A DNA stretch of 26,341 bases from an uncultured virus (IMG/VR IMGVR_UViG_3300046839_000025) (taxonomy: Duplodnaviria; Heunggongvirae; Uroviricota; Caudoviricetes). The notes beneath the pieces were generated by a model. That model was not told where the DNA came from, made no database searches, and saw only the letters and a program-made list of their open reading frames with translations. Both the position numbers and the translations under genes were made by a program. The stretch lies in IMG/VR virus record IMGVR_UViG_3300046839_000025. One strand, 5' to 3'. Below, one piece after another: positions 24,694 to 26,341 of the stretch (the first letter of the stretch is position 1; every line of letters starts with the position of its first letter).

Positions 24694-25851
24694 ATGGGAT
24701 TGTTTGATTTCTTAAAGAAGAAAACAACGCCGACAGATGGAGTAGAGCAGGCTGAATCCGTGCCTGACGTTTCGAATAAGGCCAAGATACCGGAAGCCGG
24801 TCATAAAATTGCGCCGTCCGTCCCGGAGAAAGAGAAGAAATACTATCTGCCAGATGACTACTATACATATGTCATCCATGAGGGCACAGCTTTCGAGCGC
24901 CGGGTAGTTACATTCGAGGAAAGAAAGAAAACATGCATTCCGTCAGAGAGGGGCCTGTATGTAGCGGAGATCTTGCTGCTCTTCTACTGCTCTAAGGGAA
25001 AGTATCCTCATCCGAAGGACGGCTACCCCGGCTTCTGGTGGTTCAAATATGGTATCCGTGACGTAGGGAAGGCACTTGAGAGCCTGGAAGACCGCGGCTT
25101 TATCGAGTTTGGGACTGCTGCTGATGTAGCCGCATCTTTAAAAGTAGTTGAGCTTAAGGAACTGTTGTCAGATGCAGGACTGCCTAAGACCGGAAAGAAA
25201 GCAGATCTGGTGAAGCGTGTGGCTGAGAATATTCCTGAAGAAAAGATCCTCGCAGCCGGGGCTGAGCAGAAGTATCATCTTACGAAACTCGGTGAAGAGG
25301 AGCTTGAAGACAACGCCTATGTCCCTTATATGCATAACAACCGCAATACTACTGTGGAAGGGATTAACGGAGCTTACGCGGAATTTAACGTCTGGTCCAT
25401 AAACCGCATCCTAGGCAGAGGTGATAAGAGCAACTGGAGAGCAGTTGTGGACGACGAGGAAAGAAAGTCAATCGAGGAAGCGCACCGCAGATATATGAAG
25501 AATCTGTTTGATGAAGAAGATGGAGAGCTAATAGATGACAGCGAGATAAAAGCCCAGGAAGTTCAGCTTGCCAAAGTACAGCATGCTGCAAAGCAGTATG
25601 AGAAAGACGGGGATCTCGACTCCTACATTGCCTTCTGGGAAGACATCTGGAAAGAAGGCGGGCCGAAGTTCGAAGGCAAGATGTGGATGTTTACGCTGCC
25701 GGATCTGTATATAAAGGCCGGACGCTACGAAGATGCCTTGGCCTTGGTGATGAAGATCAAGGAAACCAGAGGGGCATATTACTGGGATAAGGCAGATTAC
25801 TATGTTAAGAAGATCGAAGGGCTGATTGAGAAAAGTGCGAGGAATCGGTGA
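24694..25851 (+). CDS. SAP-domain-containing protein with TPR-like C-terminus
   Basis: LKVVELKELLSDAGLPKTGKKADLVKRV (SAP); LPDLYIKAGRYEDALAL (TPR-like); MGLFDFLKKK N-terminus; 12 bp after the WYL stop. Confidence 0.78.
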   Translation: MGLFDFLKKKTTPTDGVEQAESVPDVSNKAKIPEAGHKIAPSVPEKEKKYYLPDDYYTYVIHEGTAFERRVVTFEERKKTCIPSERGLYVAEILLLFYCSKGKYPHPKDGYPGFWWFKYGIRDVGKALESLEDRGFIEFGTAADVAASLKVVELKELLSDAGLPKTGKKADLVKRVAENIPEEKILAAGAEQKYHLTKLGEEELEDNAYVPYMHNNRNTTVEGINGAYAEFNVWSINRILGRGDKSNWRAVVDDEERKSIEEAHRRYMKNLFDEEDGELIDDSEIKAQEVQLAKVQHAAKQYEKDGDLDSYIAFWEDIWKEGGPKFEGKMWMFTLPDLYIKAGRYEDALALVMKIKETRGAYYWDKADYYVKKIEGLIEKSARNR

Positions 25852-26196
25852 TAGCCGTTTTGTCAAGTATCGAGGATACTTCTGGAAACCAAGCAATAAT
25901 CTTGTTATAATAAGTACTTAGCATTTATATATTGGATATAAATGCAATATTTGATATCCATAGAACCAATGCTGCCGAAAGGAGTTGTTCATGGAAGAAG
26001 AAATACCACGACGTCTATTATTAATCAATTAGCACCGGTTCTAGAAGAAGCAAGAGAACAGTTCTTGCTTCTATGACAAAAGAATAAAGTGTATTTCACA
26101 TACGTTGCTAAAGCAGGAGAATTTTCTGTATCAGTGTTTAATAAACTAGTTGCGGAAAATATATTAAAAAAAACATGAATGGTAGGGTGAGCTTTT

Positions 26197-26316
26197 ATGG
26201 GAGAATTTATTAATGGTGAGTGTTTGGAAGAAATGAAGAAACTTCCGGACAATAGCATTGATTTTATCTTTACCTCGCCACCATACGCAGATCAGGTAAA
26301 AGATTATGGCATTACT
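26197..26316 (+). CDS. N4/N6 DNA methyltransferase, 5' fragment (cut by end of read/contig)
   Basis: MGEFINGECLEEMKKLPDNSIDFIFTSPPYADQVKDYGIT; SPPY catalytic motif at the N-terminus (beta class). Confidence 0.85.
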
Positions 26317-26341
26317 AGTACTCTGCGTTGATACCACTGCT
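26317..26341 (-). other. Library adapter (SMART / PacBio ultra-low-input amplification oligo); artefact
   Basis: AGTACTCTGCGTTGATACCACTGCT is the reverse complement of (A)AGCAGTGGTATCAACGCAGAGTACT. Confidence 0.95.

Noticed and set aside
26197..26331. Methyltransferase as a 44-aa pseudogene
   Set aside because: The stop codon lies within the adapter sequence, so the truncation is technical

Overview
Most of the window (1 to ~23470, minus strand) is a Bacillota-type siphovirus-like prophage. In transcription order it carries: a LexA-like gene under a promoter with a Gram-positive SOS box, a small Zn-ribbon ORF, a structured leader, a sigma70-region-4-like regulator, VapE-type primase/helicase, a putative origin (present twice), VRR-NUC, SNF2 helicase, a RinA/ArpU-like late activator, HNH, TerS, a ParB-DNA methyltransferase, a block of small accessory genes each behind a shared promoter-like motif, TerL, portal, ClpP-type protease, HK97 capsid, head-tail and tail genes, a frameshifting tail chaperone, and the tape measure gene (runs off the left edge). 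A complete 1316-bp IS3-family element with a TGC target duplication sits in the last codons of the lexA-like gene. Divergent on the plus strand are a WYL regulator, a SAP-domain protein and the start of an N4/N6 DNA methyltransferase. The last 25 nt are a SMART/PacBio amplification adapter, not biology. The most unusual signals are (i) a diverged tandem pair of origin-like modules with different iteron variants, (ii) a Zn-ribbon ORF followed by repeated RNA motifs and two terminator hairpins, and (iii) a promoter-cassette array that includes an emptied cassette. Product calls come from recognising motifs and gene order by eye; no database searches were run.
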